A stretch of 64,000 bases of DNA from contig CBDFIQ010000002.1 of NCBI GenBank assembly GCA_965248195.1, positions 2,304,001 to 2,368,000 of the forward strand. Reading direction: 5' to 3'. The position numbers were made by a program, and so were the translations under genes. Positions 10,663 through 20,414 of this stretch are shown piece after piece (position 1 is the first letter of the stretch; each line of letters opens with the position of its first letter). The notes beneath the pieces are model-generated. The model saw nothing but the letters and a program-made list of their open reading frames with translations, was not told the origin of the DNA and did not search any database. This DNA comes from Longimicrobiales bacterium. Lineage in GTDB: Bacteria; Gemmatimonadota; Gemmatimonadetes; Longimicrobiales; Gaopeijiaceae.

Positions 10663-11523
10663 CTACTCGAGGGCCGCCGCCCCTCCGACGATCTCGGCGA
10701 TCTCCTGGGTGATTTGGCCCTGACGGGCTCGGTTGTACGAACGCGTGAGGTACTCCAACACGTCGCCCGCGTTGTCGGTAGCACTCTTCATGGCGGTGCG
10801 GCGGGCCCCCTGCTCGGCGGCCACGTTTTCGACCAGCGCCCGGTACGTTGCATTGCGCAGGTAGGCCGGTAGCAGCCTCTGCAAAACAATCTCGGCCTTC
10901 GGCGTCAGGATGAAGTTGTCGAGTCCACGGGACGCACTCCCTCCCCGGATCGGCAACAACTCCGTGACCCGGGGCGGCGTCGACATCGCCGAGATGAACT
11001 CCGAGCTCACGATGTGCACCGCGTCGGTCCGGCCTGCGGCGAACTCCTCCCGCAGGCCAGCGATCACCGACTCCGCATCCTCCATCGAGGGGTTGTCCCC
11101 GATGTCGACACGCGTCGACGCGATGGGGTGCCCGCGAAAGCGGAAGTACGCGATGCCCTTTTTGCCCACGATGTGGAGTTCGGTCTCGATTCCTTCCCCG
11201 GCGAGGCGCTCCAGAAGGAGGCGGGCCTCCTTGATCAGGTTCGCGTTGAAGCCCCCCGCCAATCCCCGGTTCGCGGTGAGAAGCAGCACGGAAGCTCGCT
11301 CCACACTCTCAGGACGCCGAAGTAACGGAAATTTTTCGGAGAGTTCCGGCGCATACAGGCTCCCGACGATCGACGCCAACGCATCACTGTACGGCGCGAC
11401 CGCACGAACCCGATCCGTGGCCTTCTTCAACTTCGAAGTAGCCACCAACTCCATGGTTCGCGTGATCTGTCGAGTGTTCTCCACCGACTTGATCCGCCGT
11501 TTGACGTCACTCGAGCCCGCCAT
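10663..11523 (-). CDS. atpG: ATP synthase F1 gamma subunit
   Basis: ITRTMELVA, RGLAGGFN, YNRARQGQITQEIAEIVGGA. Confidence 0.98.
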   Translation of the reverse strand: MAGSSDVKRRIKSVENTRQITRTMELVATSKLKKATDRVRAVAPYSDALASIVGSLYAPELSEKFPLLRRPESVERASVLLLTANRGLAGGFNANLIKEARLLLERLAGEGIETELHIVGKKGIAYFRFRGHPIASTRVDIGDNPSMEDAESVIAGLREEFAAGRTDAVHIVSSEFISAMSTPPRVTELLPIRGGSASRGLDNFILTPKAEIVLQRLLPAYLRNATYRALVENVAAEQGARRTAMKSATDNAGDVLEYLTRSYNRARQGQITQEIAEIVGGAAALE

Positions 11524-11567
11524 CGTCTAGCCGCGCTCTCTCTCAGTACTCATTAGAATCCGGGGCG

Positions 11568-13157
11568 TCAGGAGGTGGCCCCGGCGGTGGCTCCATCGGC
11601 CGGCGCCTCTGCCTCCACCTCGGCCGCGAAGATCTTGTTGTACTCCTCGATGGCCGCGACCAGCTTGGCCGTAAGGTCGTCGGTGAGCTCTTTCTCATCG
11701 CGGATTCCCGACAATACGTCTTCGTGCTGGGTTGAGAGGCAGTCGTGGAAGCCGCGCTCCCAACGCCTCAGATGCCGAACCTCGATCGTATCCAGGTGCC
11801 CCTCGGTGGCCGCGAAGATCACGCAGACTTGATTCTCCACCGGCATGGGCTGGTACTGACCCTGCTTGAGCACCTCCACCGTGCGCTCGCCTCGAGCCAG
11901 TTGCGCTTGCGTCGCGGCGTCCAGATCGGAACCGAACTGCGCAAATGCCTCGAGCTCCCGATACTGTGCCAGGTCGAGCCGGAGTCGGCCGGCCACCTTC
12001 TTCATCGCCTTGATCTGCGCGTTGCCTCCCACGCGGGACACGGAAATGCCGACGTTCACCGCCGGGCGCACACCCGAGTTGAACAGATCGGGCTCCAGGT
12101 AGATCTGGCCATCCGTTATGGAAATGACGTTGGTCGGGATATACGCCGAAACGTCGCCGGCCTGCGTCTCGACGATGGGGAGCGCGGTCAACGACCCACC
12201 ACCGTGGGCGTCGGACAGCTTGGCCGCTCGCTCGAGAAGCCGGGAGTGGAGGTAGAAGACATCGCCCGGGAAGGCCTCACGTCCGGGTGGCCGGCGGAGC
12301 ACCAGAGACAGCTGCCGGTAGGCGATCGCCTGCTTGGAAAGATCGTCGTAAACGACCAGCGTGTGCCGGCCCTTCCACATGAAGTGCTCGGCGATGGCCG
12401 CCGCCGAGTAAGGCGCGATGTACTGCAGCGGCGCAGGGTCGGATGCGTTGGCGGCCACCACCACCGTGTAGTTCATGGCGCCGTGTTCCTTGAGCGTCTC
12501 GACCACGCTCGCAACCTTCCCGGCCCGCTGCCCGATGGCGCAATACACGCAGATGACCTCGGTGCCCTTCTGGTTGATGATCGTGTCCAGAGCGATCGCC
12601 GTCTTTCCTGAGCTCCGGTCGCCAATGATGAGCTCGCGCTGGCCTCGGCCGATCGGGATCATCGAGTCGATCGCCTTAAGACCCGTTTGGAGCGGCTCGT
12701 GGACCGGCTGCCTCATCACGATGCCCGGAGCGACGACGTCGATCTGCCGGTTTTCCTCGATCGGTTCGACCGGGCCCTTGCCGTCTATCGGGTTGCCCAG
12801 CGGATCCACCACCCGTCCGACGTACCCCGGTCCAGTCGGAATATCGAGCACACGGCCCGTCCGCCGGACCTGATCGCCCTCGTGCAGCGCAGTCCAGTCG
12901 CCCATGATGACCGCGCCGATGTTGTCCTCTTCGAGGTTGAGCGCGAGGGCCGTCACGGGCTCGTCGGAGTCGGACGGAGTGATCTCCAGCATCTCGCTGG
13001 CCATCGCTTTGGTGAGGCCGTAGATGCGGGCGATTCCGTCCTTCACCTCGAGAACTTCACCGACCTCTTCGGCCTGAAGCGCCTCCCCGTAGTTCTCGAT
13101 CTCCGAAAGGAGGACGCCCTTGATCTCACTCGCCCGGAGCCCTGAGTCGTTAGCCAT
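11568..13157 (-). CDS. atpA: ATP synthase F1 alpha subunit
   Basis: [40 protein letters not shown]. Confidence 0.99.
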   Translation of the reverse strand: MANDSGLRASEIKGVLLSEIENYGEALQAEEVGEVLEVKDGIARIYGLTKAMASEMLEITPSDSDEPVTALALNLEEDNIGAVIMGDWTALHEGDQVRRTGRVLDIPTGPGYVGRVVDPLGNPIDGKGPVEPIEENRQIDVVAPGIVMRQPVHEPLQTGLKAIDSMIPIGRGQRELIIGDRSSGKTAIALDTIINQKGTEVICVYCAIGQRAGKVASVVETLKEHGAMNYTVVVAANASDPAPLQYIAPYSAAAIAEHFMWKGRHTLVVYDDLSKQAIAYRQLSLVLRRPPGREAFPGDVFYLHSRLLERAAKLSDAHGGGSLTALPIVETQAGDVSAYIPTNVISITDGQIYLEPDLFNSGVRPAVNVGISVSRVGGNAQIKAMKKVAGRLRLDLAQYRELEAFAQFGSDLDAATQAQLARGERTVEVLKQGQYQPMPVENQVCVIFAATEGHLDTIEVRHLRRWERGFHDCLSTQHEDVLSGIRDEKELTDDLTAKLVAAIEEYNKIFAAEVEAEAPADGATAGATS

Positions 13158-13214
13158 TACACTATCCCGTTATTCCATCAGGAAGGCCGGCTTGGGCCGG
13201 CCGAATCTGTACCG

Positions 13215-13778
13215 TCAAACCTGACCCACCCTGGGAAGGTCGGCATTCAGCAGCCTTCGCCGCATGCTGTCGAGCCTTCGCCTCAACGATCCATCGTAGA
13301 TCGTATCACCCGTCCGGAAGATCGCGCCGCCGAGAATGTCCGGCTCGACCCGGACGTGGGGGATGGCGGTCTTCTCCAATGCCACGGTCAGCCGCTTCTC
13401 CATTTCCTCCATGGAGTCCCCATCCAATTGGCGGGCGAGCGTCACCTCCACATGCACGCGGTTGAAGTGAAGGTCCATGAGACTCATGTACTCCCGGGCG
13501 ATCACCCTAAGGAGACGTTGCCGCCTCTTATCGAGCGTGATCAGCAAGAAGTTCACGAGTTTCGCGGGTAGAGTCTCACCGAACACCCTGCGTACCACTG
13601 CTTTCTTCTGCGCCACAGCGATTCTGGGCGTCTCCAGAAAGCGGCGGAAGTCGTCATTCTCGTCGATCAGCCGCGCGACGATCTCGACGCCCGTGCTGTA
13701 GGCTTCGACGCCTTCGTGGCGCTCGGCCAACTCGAAGAGTGTTTCGGCGTAGTTACGAGCGATCGTCTCGTCTCTCAC
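13215..13778 (-). CDS. atpH: ATP synthase F1 delta subunit
   Basis: IARNYAETLF...ILGG...YDGSLR; position in operon. Confidence 0.95.
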   Translation of the reverse strand: MRDETIARNYAETLFELAERHEGVEAYSTGVEIVARLIDENDDFRRFLETPRIAVAQKKAVVRRVFGETLPAKLVNFLLITLDKRRQRLLRVIAREYMSLMDLHFNRVHVEVTLARQLDGDSMEEMEKRLTVALEKTAIPHVRVEPDILGGAIFRTGDTIYDGSLRRRLDSMRRRLLNADLPRVGQV

Positions 13779-14362
13779 GCCTGGATCTCGCCCCCGCTGC
13801 TCAGCTCATCGATGAAGCCCATGATCAGTTCACGGTCCTTCTTCTCGTCGAGGCTCTCCTGAACCAACTTAGCCGCCGCGGCGAGCGCCAAATCCACGGA
13901 TTCTTTCCGAAGCTCGTCGAGCGCGGCATCCTTCTCACGCTCGATCGACTCCCGTGCCCGCTCGATCATCGCGTCGCCCTCGGCTCGGGCCTTCTCTTCG
14001 AGGTCCTTCCGGACTCTCTCACCCGCCTCCTTGCCCTCGGCGATCATCTGCTGCGCCTGTCGCCTTGCGTCGGCCATCTGCTGACGATGCTCCGCAAGAA
14101 GCTTGGCCGCCTCGACCCTCTCATTCGCGGCCTGGTCGAGCGTGCCTTGGATGCCGTCCTCGCGGGCCTGCACAGCCCCCAGGATCGGCCCCCACGCGAA
14201 CTTCCAAAGAAAGCCGAGCAGCGTGAGAAAGACGAGCGTCGTCCAGACCGACAGGCCCAGGTTCACGTCGAACATCCCGCCCCCACCCTCTTGCGCCATC
14301 ACGGGCAAGGGAAGAATCAGCGCATACGCCCCGAGGGCCGCGAGCATCCGTCCACGTGTCAT
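13775..14362 (-). CDS. atpF: ATP synthase F0 b subunit
   Basis: TM segment ending LWKFAWGPI followed by a long coiled coil. Confidence 0.95.
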   Translation of the reverse strand: MTRGRMLAALGAYALILPLPVMAQEGGGGMFDVNLGLSVWTTLVFLTLLGFLWKFAWGPILGAVQAREDGIQGTLDQAANERVEAAKLLAEHRQQMADARRQAQQMIAEGKEAGERVRKDLEEKARAEGDAMIERARESIEREKDAALDELRKESVDLALAAAAKLVQESLDEKKDRELIMGFIDELSSGGEIQA

Positions 14363-14637
14363 CGATTCATCAGCAGAAGCGAAAGGCCGAGACCGAAGAG
14401 CGCCGCGCCCTCGACGAGCGCCGCGAAGATGATCGCCGCGGTCTGAATCTGCGCGGTGGCTTCGGGCTGCCGTGCGATCCCTTGGGCCGCCGCCGACCCG
14501 ATCGGGCCGATTCCGAGTCCCGCGCCGATCACGGCGCCCCCGATGGCGAGACCCGCGCCAATGAGACCGATGGAGCTTCCGGCTGCTTCCCCATTCGCGG
14601 CAGCCTCCTGAACGACGGTAACGAGTGCGTGCAGCAT
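14359..14637 (-). CDS. atpE: ATP synthase F0 c subunit (H+-type)
   Basis: Gly-rich helix, ARQPE loop, essential Glu in LVEGA; no Q..ES/T Na+ signature. Confidence 0.97.
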   Translation of the reverse strand: MLHALVTVVQEAAANGEAAGSSIGLIGAGLAIGGAVIGAGLGIGPIGSAAAQGIARQPEATAQIQTAAIIFAALVEGAALFGLGLSLLLMNR

Positions 14638-14649
14638 CGTGTGTCCTTT

Positions 14650-14677
14650 TGTTGTGTGACAGTTGTTATGTGACAGT
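14650..14677 (-). repeat. Tandem 14-bp A/C-rich repeat in the atpB-atpE spacer
   Basis: On the mRNA strand: ACTGTCACATAACA / ACTGTCACACAACA, directly before SD AAAGGA. Confidence 0.8.
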
Positions 14678-14679
14678 GA

Positions 14680-15615
14680 CTAATGAGCGTGACGGATCAT
14701 TCCGATGAAGACGGACGTGAGCATCGCGAAGATGTAGGCCTGCAAGAAGGCGATGAACAATTCCAGAATCATGAGCACGCTGGCTGCAGCGACCGCCCCG
14801 ATGCCCACGAGGTAACTCTGGAGCACGAAAATCATTCCCATGAGGGCCAGGATCAGCGTATGGCCGGCCGTCATGTTGGCGAGCAAACGAACCGCCAGCG
14901 CAAACGGTTTGGTCAATTTGCCTAGGGCCTCGACCAGAGTGAGAATGATCAGCATGATGGGCCTCATCCAGACGGGAAGCCCCTTGGGTAAGAAAAAAAT
15001 GGTCTTGGCGTAGCCGACCGGGCCCAGAGCCCGAAACCCAGAGACTTCGATTACGATGAAGCTGATGACGGCCAGGGCAGCGGTCACGGAGAGGTTCGCC
15101 GTAGGCGTGATCCCCAGGGGCGTGAGTCCGATCACATTCATGCCCAGAACGAAGAAGAAAAGTGTGAGAATGAAAGGTGTGAAGGCGTCGGCGCCATGCC
15201 CGATGTTCGTCCGCACCACTTCATCACGGAAGTAGATGATCATCGCCTCCATGGCGTTGGCGAAGCCGCTGGGGGCCTTCTCCCTCCCTCTCTTCCGGAG
15301 GATTCCGGCCATCGGAACGAAGATCGCCAGCATGAGGAGGGCGACCACCACCATGATCACCATGTGACGTGTCGGTGACAGGTCGATCGCAACGGACCCG
15401 ATGTGGATCGGATCGATGCTCAGGGCGTCGAGGCTCAAATGCAGACCCCCGAACTCGATCTCCGTGGCATCGCCAATGTGATGCTGGATAAAGTCGGGAA
15501 GCTCGCCCATGGTCAGCGGGCCCGACGATTCCGCCCCATGGTCGGCAGCGACCTGTGCCGCTTCCTGACCGTGCTCCGGCAGCACTCTGAGTCGACTCAT
15601 CGTCTCTTCTATCAA
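14680..15615 (-). CDS. atpB: ATP synthase F0 a subunit
   Basis: PTANLSVT, KPFALAVRLLANMTAGH, LQAYIF; the start may be the ATG at 15600. Confidence 0.97.
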   Translation of the reverse strand: MIEETMSRLRVLPEHGQEAAQVAADHGAESSGPLTMGELPDFIQHHIGDATEIEFGGLHLSLDALSIDPIHIGSVAIDLSPTRHMVIMVVVALLMLAIFVPMAGILRKRGREKAPSGFANAMEAMIIYFRDEVVRTNIGHGADAFTPFILTLFFFVLGMNVIGLTPLGITPTANLSVTAALAVISFIVIEVSGFRALGPVGYAKTIFFLPKGLPVWMRPIMLIILTLVEALGKLTKPFALAVRLLANMTAGHTLILALMGMIFVLQSYLVGIGAVAAASVLMILELFIAFLQAYIFAMLTSVFIGMIRHAH

Positions 15616-15983
15616 TCTATCGCGTCCTTATCTGCGGCCTTGAGAAACGCCGGCTCGATCAACAACAGACCGAAAAAAAACCCAGCCAAGGATAACAGTA
15701 AGGCTTCAACTCCCAGGGACTCGATGCGCAGGGCAACGAGCCCGACTATGATGACCACCCCGATCCTGACCGCCACACCCACTCCCCACCAAACAAAGAA
15801 GCGGGAGGGCTCGCCCCGGGCCCGCAGCAGCACGCCGAAGGCCGTGACCTGCACCGGATAAGCGATGCCGGCCGCCAGCAAGACTCCCTTTCTCCCCTCA
15901 TCCGCCAGAAACGGGAAGAGCCCCGCGACCGCTACTGCGATCATCAAGAGTCCGGCCAACGCATACCGAACCAGGGCTCTCAA
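15612..15983 (-). CDS. AtpI-like membrane protein
   Basis: Four hydrophobic segments directly upstream of atpB, with overlapping stop/start. Confidence 0.7.
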   Translation of the reverse strand: MRALVRYALAGLLMIAVAVAGLFPFLADEGRKGVLLAAGIAYPVQVTAFGVLLRARGEPSRFFVWWGVGVAVRIGVVIIVGLVALRIESLGVEALLLSLAGFFFGLLLIEPAFLKAADKDAID

Positions 15984-16249
15984 GCCTCGTCACTCTCCTT
16001 GCGGCCCTGCTCTTCGCGGGGCCTGATCACGACCTGGACATAGAGGTTGTAAAAGCCGGCCGCCCCCCCCAAAAGCATCCCGAGGATCGTCAGTAGCGCC
16101 TCGGCCCCCGTTCGCACGCCGACCTCGAATCCAACCCATCCAAAGAGCGCCACCGCAGCGGCCAACGTCATCCCGTGACCCAGAAACTGGGAGGAGGCAC
16201 GAACGACTTCGCCGGTGCGCTCCTCGGCCGGTTTTCCTTCCTCTGACAT
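15980..16249 (-). CDS. AtpZ/AtpI-family small membrane protein
   Basis: Two TM helices, GMLLGGAAGFYNLY motif; first gene of the atp operon; start taken at ATG 16249. Confidence 0.8.
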   Translation of the reverse strand: MSEEGKPAEERTGEVVRASSQFLGHGMTLAAAVALFGWVGFEVGVRTGAEALLTILGMLLGGAAGFYNLYVQVVIRPREEQGRKESDEA

Positions 16250-16298
16250 GGGTTGGAACTCCGGTGGGAAAGCCAAAGTCTAAGAAAAATTTAGACGC

Positions 16299-16316
16299 TT
16301 GTGAAAAAAAGCGCAA
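16299..16316. promoter_or_regulatory. Rex-like operator upstream of the atp operon
   Basis: TTGTGAAAAAAAGCGCAA, 18 bp, compared with TTGTGAANNNNTTCACAA; the palindrome extends to GCTTG...CAAGC. Confidence 0.45.
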
Positions 16317-16568
16317 GCTCCAGTTTACGGGTCAAAAACAGGGATTTCGAGACCAGTCGACGCTTGACGAAGGGGCGGCCCTGAGTCAACTTCGCGGCAT
16401 ACAGTATGGCCTCCAAGGGGGATCCGCACATCGGGCCGGATCTAGTCCGGGGACCGCACCGCACCGGGACCCCAGGCGCTGGGTAGCGGGTAGGCTGCGT
16501 GGTCGTCCGCCATGCAAGATTCGTCGCCCACGGCGGCCATGGCATTCCTTTAGAGACGCCGGAAGCGA

Positions 16569-17591
16569 TTGATGACGTCATCGACAGAAGCGGTTGTTCA
16601 GGACCGGGACCTCCAATTACTCCAACGTGTGGCCCAGGTCGCCGAGGAACTCCGAAACGAGATCGAAAAGCGGATCGTGGGCCAACATGACGTCGTCGAA
16701 GGCCTTCTGACCTCCCTCCTCGCCAACGGGCACGTGCTGCTGGTGGGTGTGCCCGGCCTGGCGAAGACACTCTTGATCAGTACGCTCGCCGAGGCGCTCG
16801 ACCTCAAGTTCAGCCGCATCCAGTTCACCCCCGACCTCATGCCCACGGACATCACAGGCACCGAGGTGATCGAAGAAGACCGTACGACGGGCCGGCGTGT
16901 GTTCCGCTTCGTCCGCGGACCCATCTTCGCTAACGTCGTGCTCGCCGACGAGATCAACCGGACGCCCCCGAAGACACAGGCCGCACTCCTCCAGGCCATG
17001 CAGGAGCGAGAGGTCACCGCCGCCGGCGACACCTACGTGCTCGATCCCCCGTTTTTTGTGCTGGCGACGCAAAACCCGATCGAGCAAGAAGGCACGTATC
17101 CGCTTCCCGAGGCCCAGTTGGATCGGTTCATGCTGGAGTTGCCGATCGGGTACCCCTCCAAGAGCGAGGAAGAGGAAGTGGCGATGCGCACCACCGGGGA
17201 GGACGACCCGCAGGTCCGCCCCGTCGTTTCTGCGGAGGAGTTGATCGAGCTCCAGCACCTGGTGCGGCGTGTCCCTGCCTCCCCGTCGCTGGTTTCCTTC
17301 GCGGTCCACATAGCCAGGGCCTCCCGGCCCGGGTTGGCCGAGACCGCCGGGGTGTCGGCGAAGTACGTCAGTTGGGGCGCCGGCCCCCGGGCGTCGCAGT
17401 ATCTCGTGCTCGGCGCCAAGGCGAGGGCAGCCCTCCGTGGCGAACCGATTCCCTCGTACGATGACGTGCGAGCGGTCGCGCCCGAAGTGCTGGCCCACCG
17501 CCTCGTCCTCAATTTCGAGGCGGAGGCGGACGGACGGGTCACGCGGGACGTGATCTCAGAACTCCTTGAGGAGTCCGCTGGATGGACGTAG
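16569..17591 (+). CDS. MoxR-family AAA+ ATPase
   Basis: GVPGLAKT, RIQFTPDLMPTD, LADEINRTPPKTQAALL, ATQNPIEQEGTYPLPEAQLDRF. Confidence 0.96.
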   Translation: MMTSSTEAVVQDRDLQLLQRVAQVAEELRNEIEKRIVGQHDVVEGLLTSLLANGHVLLVGVPGLAKTLLISTLAEALDLKFSRIQFTPDLMPTDITGTEVIEEDRTTGRRVFRFVRGPIFANVVLADEINRTPPKTQAALLQAMQEREVTAAGDTYVLDPPFFVLATQNPIEQEGTYPLPEAQLDRFMLELPIGYPSKSEEEEVAMRTTGEDDPQVRPVVSAEELIELQHLVRRVPASPSLVSFAVHIARASRPGLAETAGVSAKYVSWGAGPRASQYLVLGAKARAALRGEPIPSYDDVRAVAPEVLAHRLVLNFEAEADGRVTRDVISELLEESAGWT

Positions 17592-17676
17592 GCCCAAGTA
17601 CCGAGGCGGGCGACCACCCGCCGAGTATACCGGGGCTGCCGGACAAGCCGGAGCGGCCCGAACCATCGAGGCCGGC

Positions 17677-18933
17677 GTGATCTGGCTGTTGTCGGGTGCC
17701 GCCGCCCTTTCGATTCTTGTCTCCGCCCTGTGCTCCGCCTCGGAGACCGCGACGTTCGCAGTCGGAACTTCGCGGCTTCGAACCATGGAGGAGGAAGGCT
17801 TTCAGGGCGCGCAGGCCCTAGCCGAGCTGAGAATCCGGGCCGAACCGACCCATGGGGCGCTACTCTTCTTGAGCACGCTTTTCAACGCCGTGGCCGTCGG
17901 AACCGTGGTTCTCTTAGGACACACGCTAGGCGGGCTCGCCGGCGGCGGGTGGGGACTCCTCGCCGGCTCCCTTGCCGTCTTGATATTCGGGCAAGGCCTC
18001 CCTCGGCTTCTGGCCTCACGACACCCGATTCGGTTCGCCCTAGGCGCTGCCCCGGCCGTTCTCGCGGTGGAAAAATGGCTCGCGGGCCTTACCAAGCCCC
18101 TCCGCAGGCTGGCGGCCGGGGTGATCCGAACCGAGGGGGCGGATGGATCGAGCCAGGAAGAGCGCGACGTCCGCGAACTCACCCAGTTGGGGCAGGAGGA
18201 AGGGCTGGTTGGGGAAGAGGAGTATCTGTTGGTCGAGCGCGCCTTCCGCCTGGACGAACTGACCGCGTGGGACGTCATGACACCTCGCGTGGACATATTC
18301 GCGTGGAGGGACTCCCTCACACTCGAGGAGATCATCGGGGAACTCAAGTCGGTGCCGTATTCACGCGTCCCGGTATACAAGGATACGACCGACGACATCT
18401 CGGGCATTCTGTACGTTCGGGAAGCCTACCAAAATTTCGTCGCGGGCCGGACCACGATGACCCTGTCCCAGTTGGCTCGGGATCCGCTGTTCGTCCCCGG
18501 ATCGTTACCGCTCACGCGCCTTCTCCATCAGTTTCAGGCCCGGCGAATCCATATGGGGATCATCGCCGATGAGTTCGGAGGGACGGATGGCCTCGCCACT
18601 CTGGAAGACGTCCTCGAGGAACTGGTGGGCGAGATCGTCGACGAGACCGACGTCGACGAAGAGGCGCTGATTCGGATTTCGAGGACTCAGCTCATAGCAC
18701 CTGGGGGCGTCGACGTCCGTGAGATCAATTACGCGTTCAACGTCGCGCTGCCCCAGCTCGAGCACCGCTCGCTCAATGGATTCATCCTCGAAGAGTTGGG
18801 GCACGTGCCTGAACCGGGCGAGACGGTGGAGCGAGCGGGCGTGAAGATCGAGATTCTGACAGCCTCAGACACCCAGGTCCTGACGGCCCGCCTCACCAAG
18901 CTCGCCCTGGCAGAGCGGGAAGAATCGGGATAG
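17677..18933 (+). CDS. CNNM/CBS/CorC (HlyC/TlyC hemolysin-family) membrane protein
   Basis: SASETA, VMTPRVD, YSRVPVY, DEFGGTDGLATLEDVLEELVGEI; start GTG 17677 inferred. Confidence 0.93.
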   Translation: MIWLLSGAAALSILVSALCSASETATFAVGTSRLRTMEEEGFQGAQALAELRIRAEPTHGALLFLSTLFNAVAVGTVVLLGHTLGGLAGGGWGLLAGSLAVLIFGQGLPRLLASRHPIRFALGAAPAVLAVEKWLAGLTKPLRRLAAGVIRTEGADGSSQEERDVRELTQLGQEEGLVGEEEYLLVERAFRLDELTAWDVMTPRVDIFAWRDSLTLEEIIGELKSVPYSRVPVYKDTTDDISGILYVREAYQNFVAGRTTMTLSQLARDPLFVPGSLPLTRLLHQFQARRIHMGIIADEFGGTDGLATLEDVLEELVGEIVDETDVDEEALIRISRTQLIAPGGVDVREINYAFNVALPQLEHRSLNGFILEELGHVPEPGETVERAGVKIEILTASDTQVLTARLTKLALAEREESG

Positions 18934-18951
18934 CCAGCGGAGCCCTCGAAG

Positions 18952-19584
18952 ATGGCGATCCTCCTCCCCTTCCACGGCAAGCGCCCACGAGTGGCCGATT
19001 CCGCGTTTATCGCGCCCAATGCGGTGCTCATCGGCAACGTTACGGTGGAGGAAGAGGCGAGCGTCTGGTTCGGTGCTGTGCTGAGAGGAGACCACGCCGA
19101 GCATGGCATCGTCGTGGGCGCGGGTACGAGTGTCCAAGACAACTGCGTGGTCCACGTCGGGGGTTGGGCGCCCACCGTCATCGGCAAGAACGTCACAGTA
19201 GGCCATGGAGCCAAGTTCGAGAGCTGCACGATCGGCGACCGGTCCGTGATCGGCATGAACGCGGTGATCCTTCAGAACGCCCGAATCGGCACGGAGTGCG
19301 TGGTCGCGGCCAACTCTGTAGTGTTGGAGGGCGCCGAGATTCCGGACCATAGCCTGGTGGCGGGTGTCCCAGGCAAGGTGAAGAAGCAGTTGGACGGATC
19401 CGCCGCGGAGTGGATCCGCCGTGGCGGACAGCATTACATCGAGCTCGCCCGGACCTACCGTGGAAACCACATCGGCGAGGCCAGCACTCCCGTTTGCGAG
19501 CTGTGCGGTGGCCCTCTCATGGAGCGTAACTGCAAGGTCACATGCCTTTCCTGCGGCTATCAGCGGGACTGCTCTGATCCCTAG
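18952..19584 (+). CDS. Gamma-carbonic-anhydrase-like (YrdA/PaaY family) protein with C-terminal zinc ribbon
   Basis: Hexapeptide repeats, LRGD, VQDNCVVH, VGH; C-terminal CELCG...NCKVTCLSCGYQRDCSDP. Confidence 0.92.
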   Translation: MAILLPFHGKRPRVADSAFIAPNAVLIGNVTVEEEASVWFGAVLRGDHAEHGIVVGAGTSVQDNCVVHVGGWAPTVIGKNVTVGHGAKFESCTIGDRSVIGMNAVILQNARIGTECVVAANSVVLEGAEIPDHSLVAGVPGKVKKQLDGSAAEWIRRGGQHYIELARTYRGNHIGEASTPVCELCGGPLMERNCKVTCLSCGYQRDCSDP

Positions 19585-19619
19585 GAGGCTGCTGGCCTCC
19601 ATGGCAGCGAGGGTACCCG

Positions 19620-20414
19620 CTACCGAGGTGGCGGGAACTGCAGAACGTTCGTCGCATACCACCCGATGATGTCGGAGCCGAAGCCATAGGTCACCGCCGC
19701 ACCCGCGGCGAGGAAGATCCCGAAAGGCACCAGCTTCTTCGTCTTGTACGCGATCGGCCCGAAAATCACCGATCCCAGCAGAGCCCCGAGGAAGATCGTC
19801 AAGAGCACACCGGGTATCCCCAGAAACGCTCCGACCATAGCCATCATCTTGATGTCCCCACCCCCCATCGCATCCTTTTTGAACATCCACTTTCCGGCCA
19901 CAGCAACGATCTCCAGAAGGCCGAACCCGAGGATGGCCCCGAGGAGCGCCGCGAGTGGATCGATCCCACCGGGCAGAAAGGCGAGTCCGAGGCCCAGGAC
20001 CAGTCCGCCTAATGAAAATTGATCGGGGATGATGTAGAATCGGGCGTCGGTGAGGGCGATTCCGAAGAGGATCGTGAGGAGCAGGGCACCCCTTAGAGCC
20101 TCCCATGAGAGTCCCGCGTAGCTGAACATGCCCGCCCACACCAGCCCCGTCGCCAACTCGACCAGGGGGTATTGCAGGGAGATCGGATCCCGGCATGCTC
20201 GGCAGCGTCCACCCAAAAAGAGGTAGCCGAATACGGGGACGTTGTCATGCCACCGGATGGCCTCCCCGCATTTCGGACAGTGGGAGCCGGGGAATACCAC
20301 CGATTCATCCTCCGGCCAGCGGAGCGTGCAGACGTTCAGAAACGAACCGATCATCAATCCGACCAAGCCGGCCAGAGCGGTGACGATCCAGGCGCCGGTT
20401 AAAACGTCGATCAA
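19620..20414 (-). CDS. pilD: Type IV prepilin peptidase
   Basis: GSFLNV, SHCPKC, CRAC, YPLVE, MGGGDIK, VPFGIFL. Confidence 0.95.
   Translation of the reverse strand: MIDVLTGAWIVTALAGLVGLMIGSFLNVCTLRWPEDESVVFPGSHCPKCGEAIRWHDNVPVFGYLFLGGRCRACRDPISLQYPLVELATGLVWAGMFSYAGLSWEALRGALLLTILFGIALTDARFYIIPDQFSLGGLVLGLGLAFLPGGIDPLAALLGAILGFGLLEIVAVAGKWMFKKDAMGGGDIKMMAMVGAFLGIPGVLLTIFLGALLGSVIFGPIAYKTKKLVPFGIFLAAGAAVTYGFGSDIIGWYATNVLQFPPPR

Noticed and set aside
14359..14637. Na+-translocating ATP synthase
   Set aside because: The c subunit lacks the Gln and Glu-Ser/Thr Na+-binding signature.
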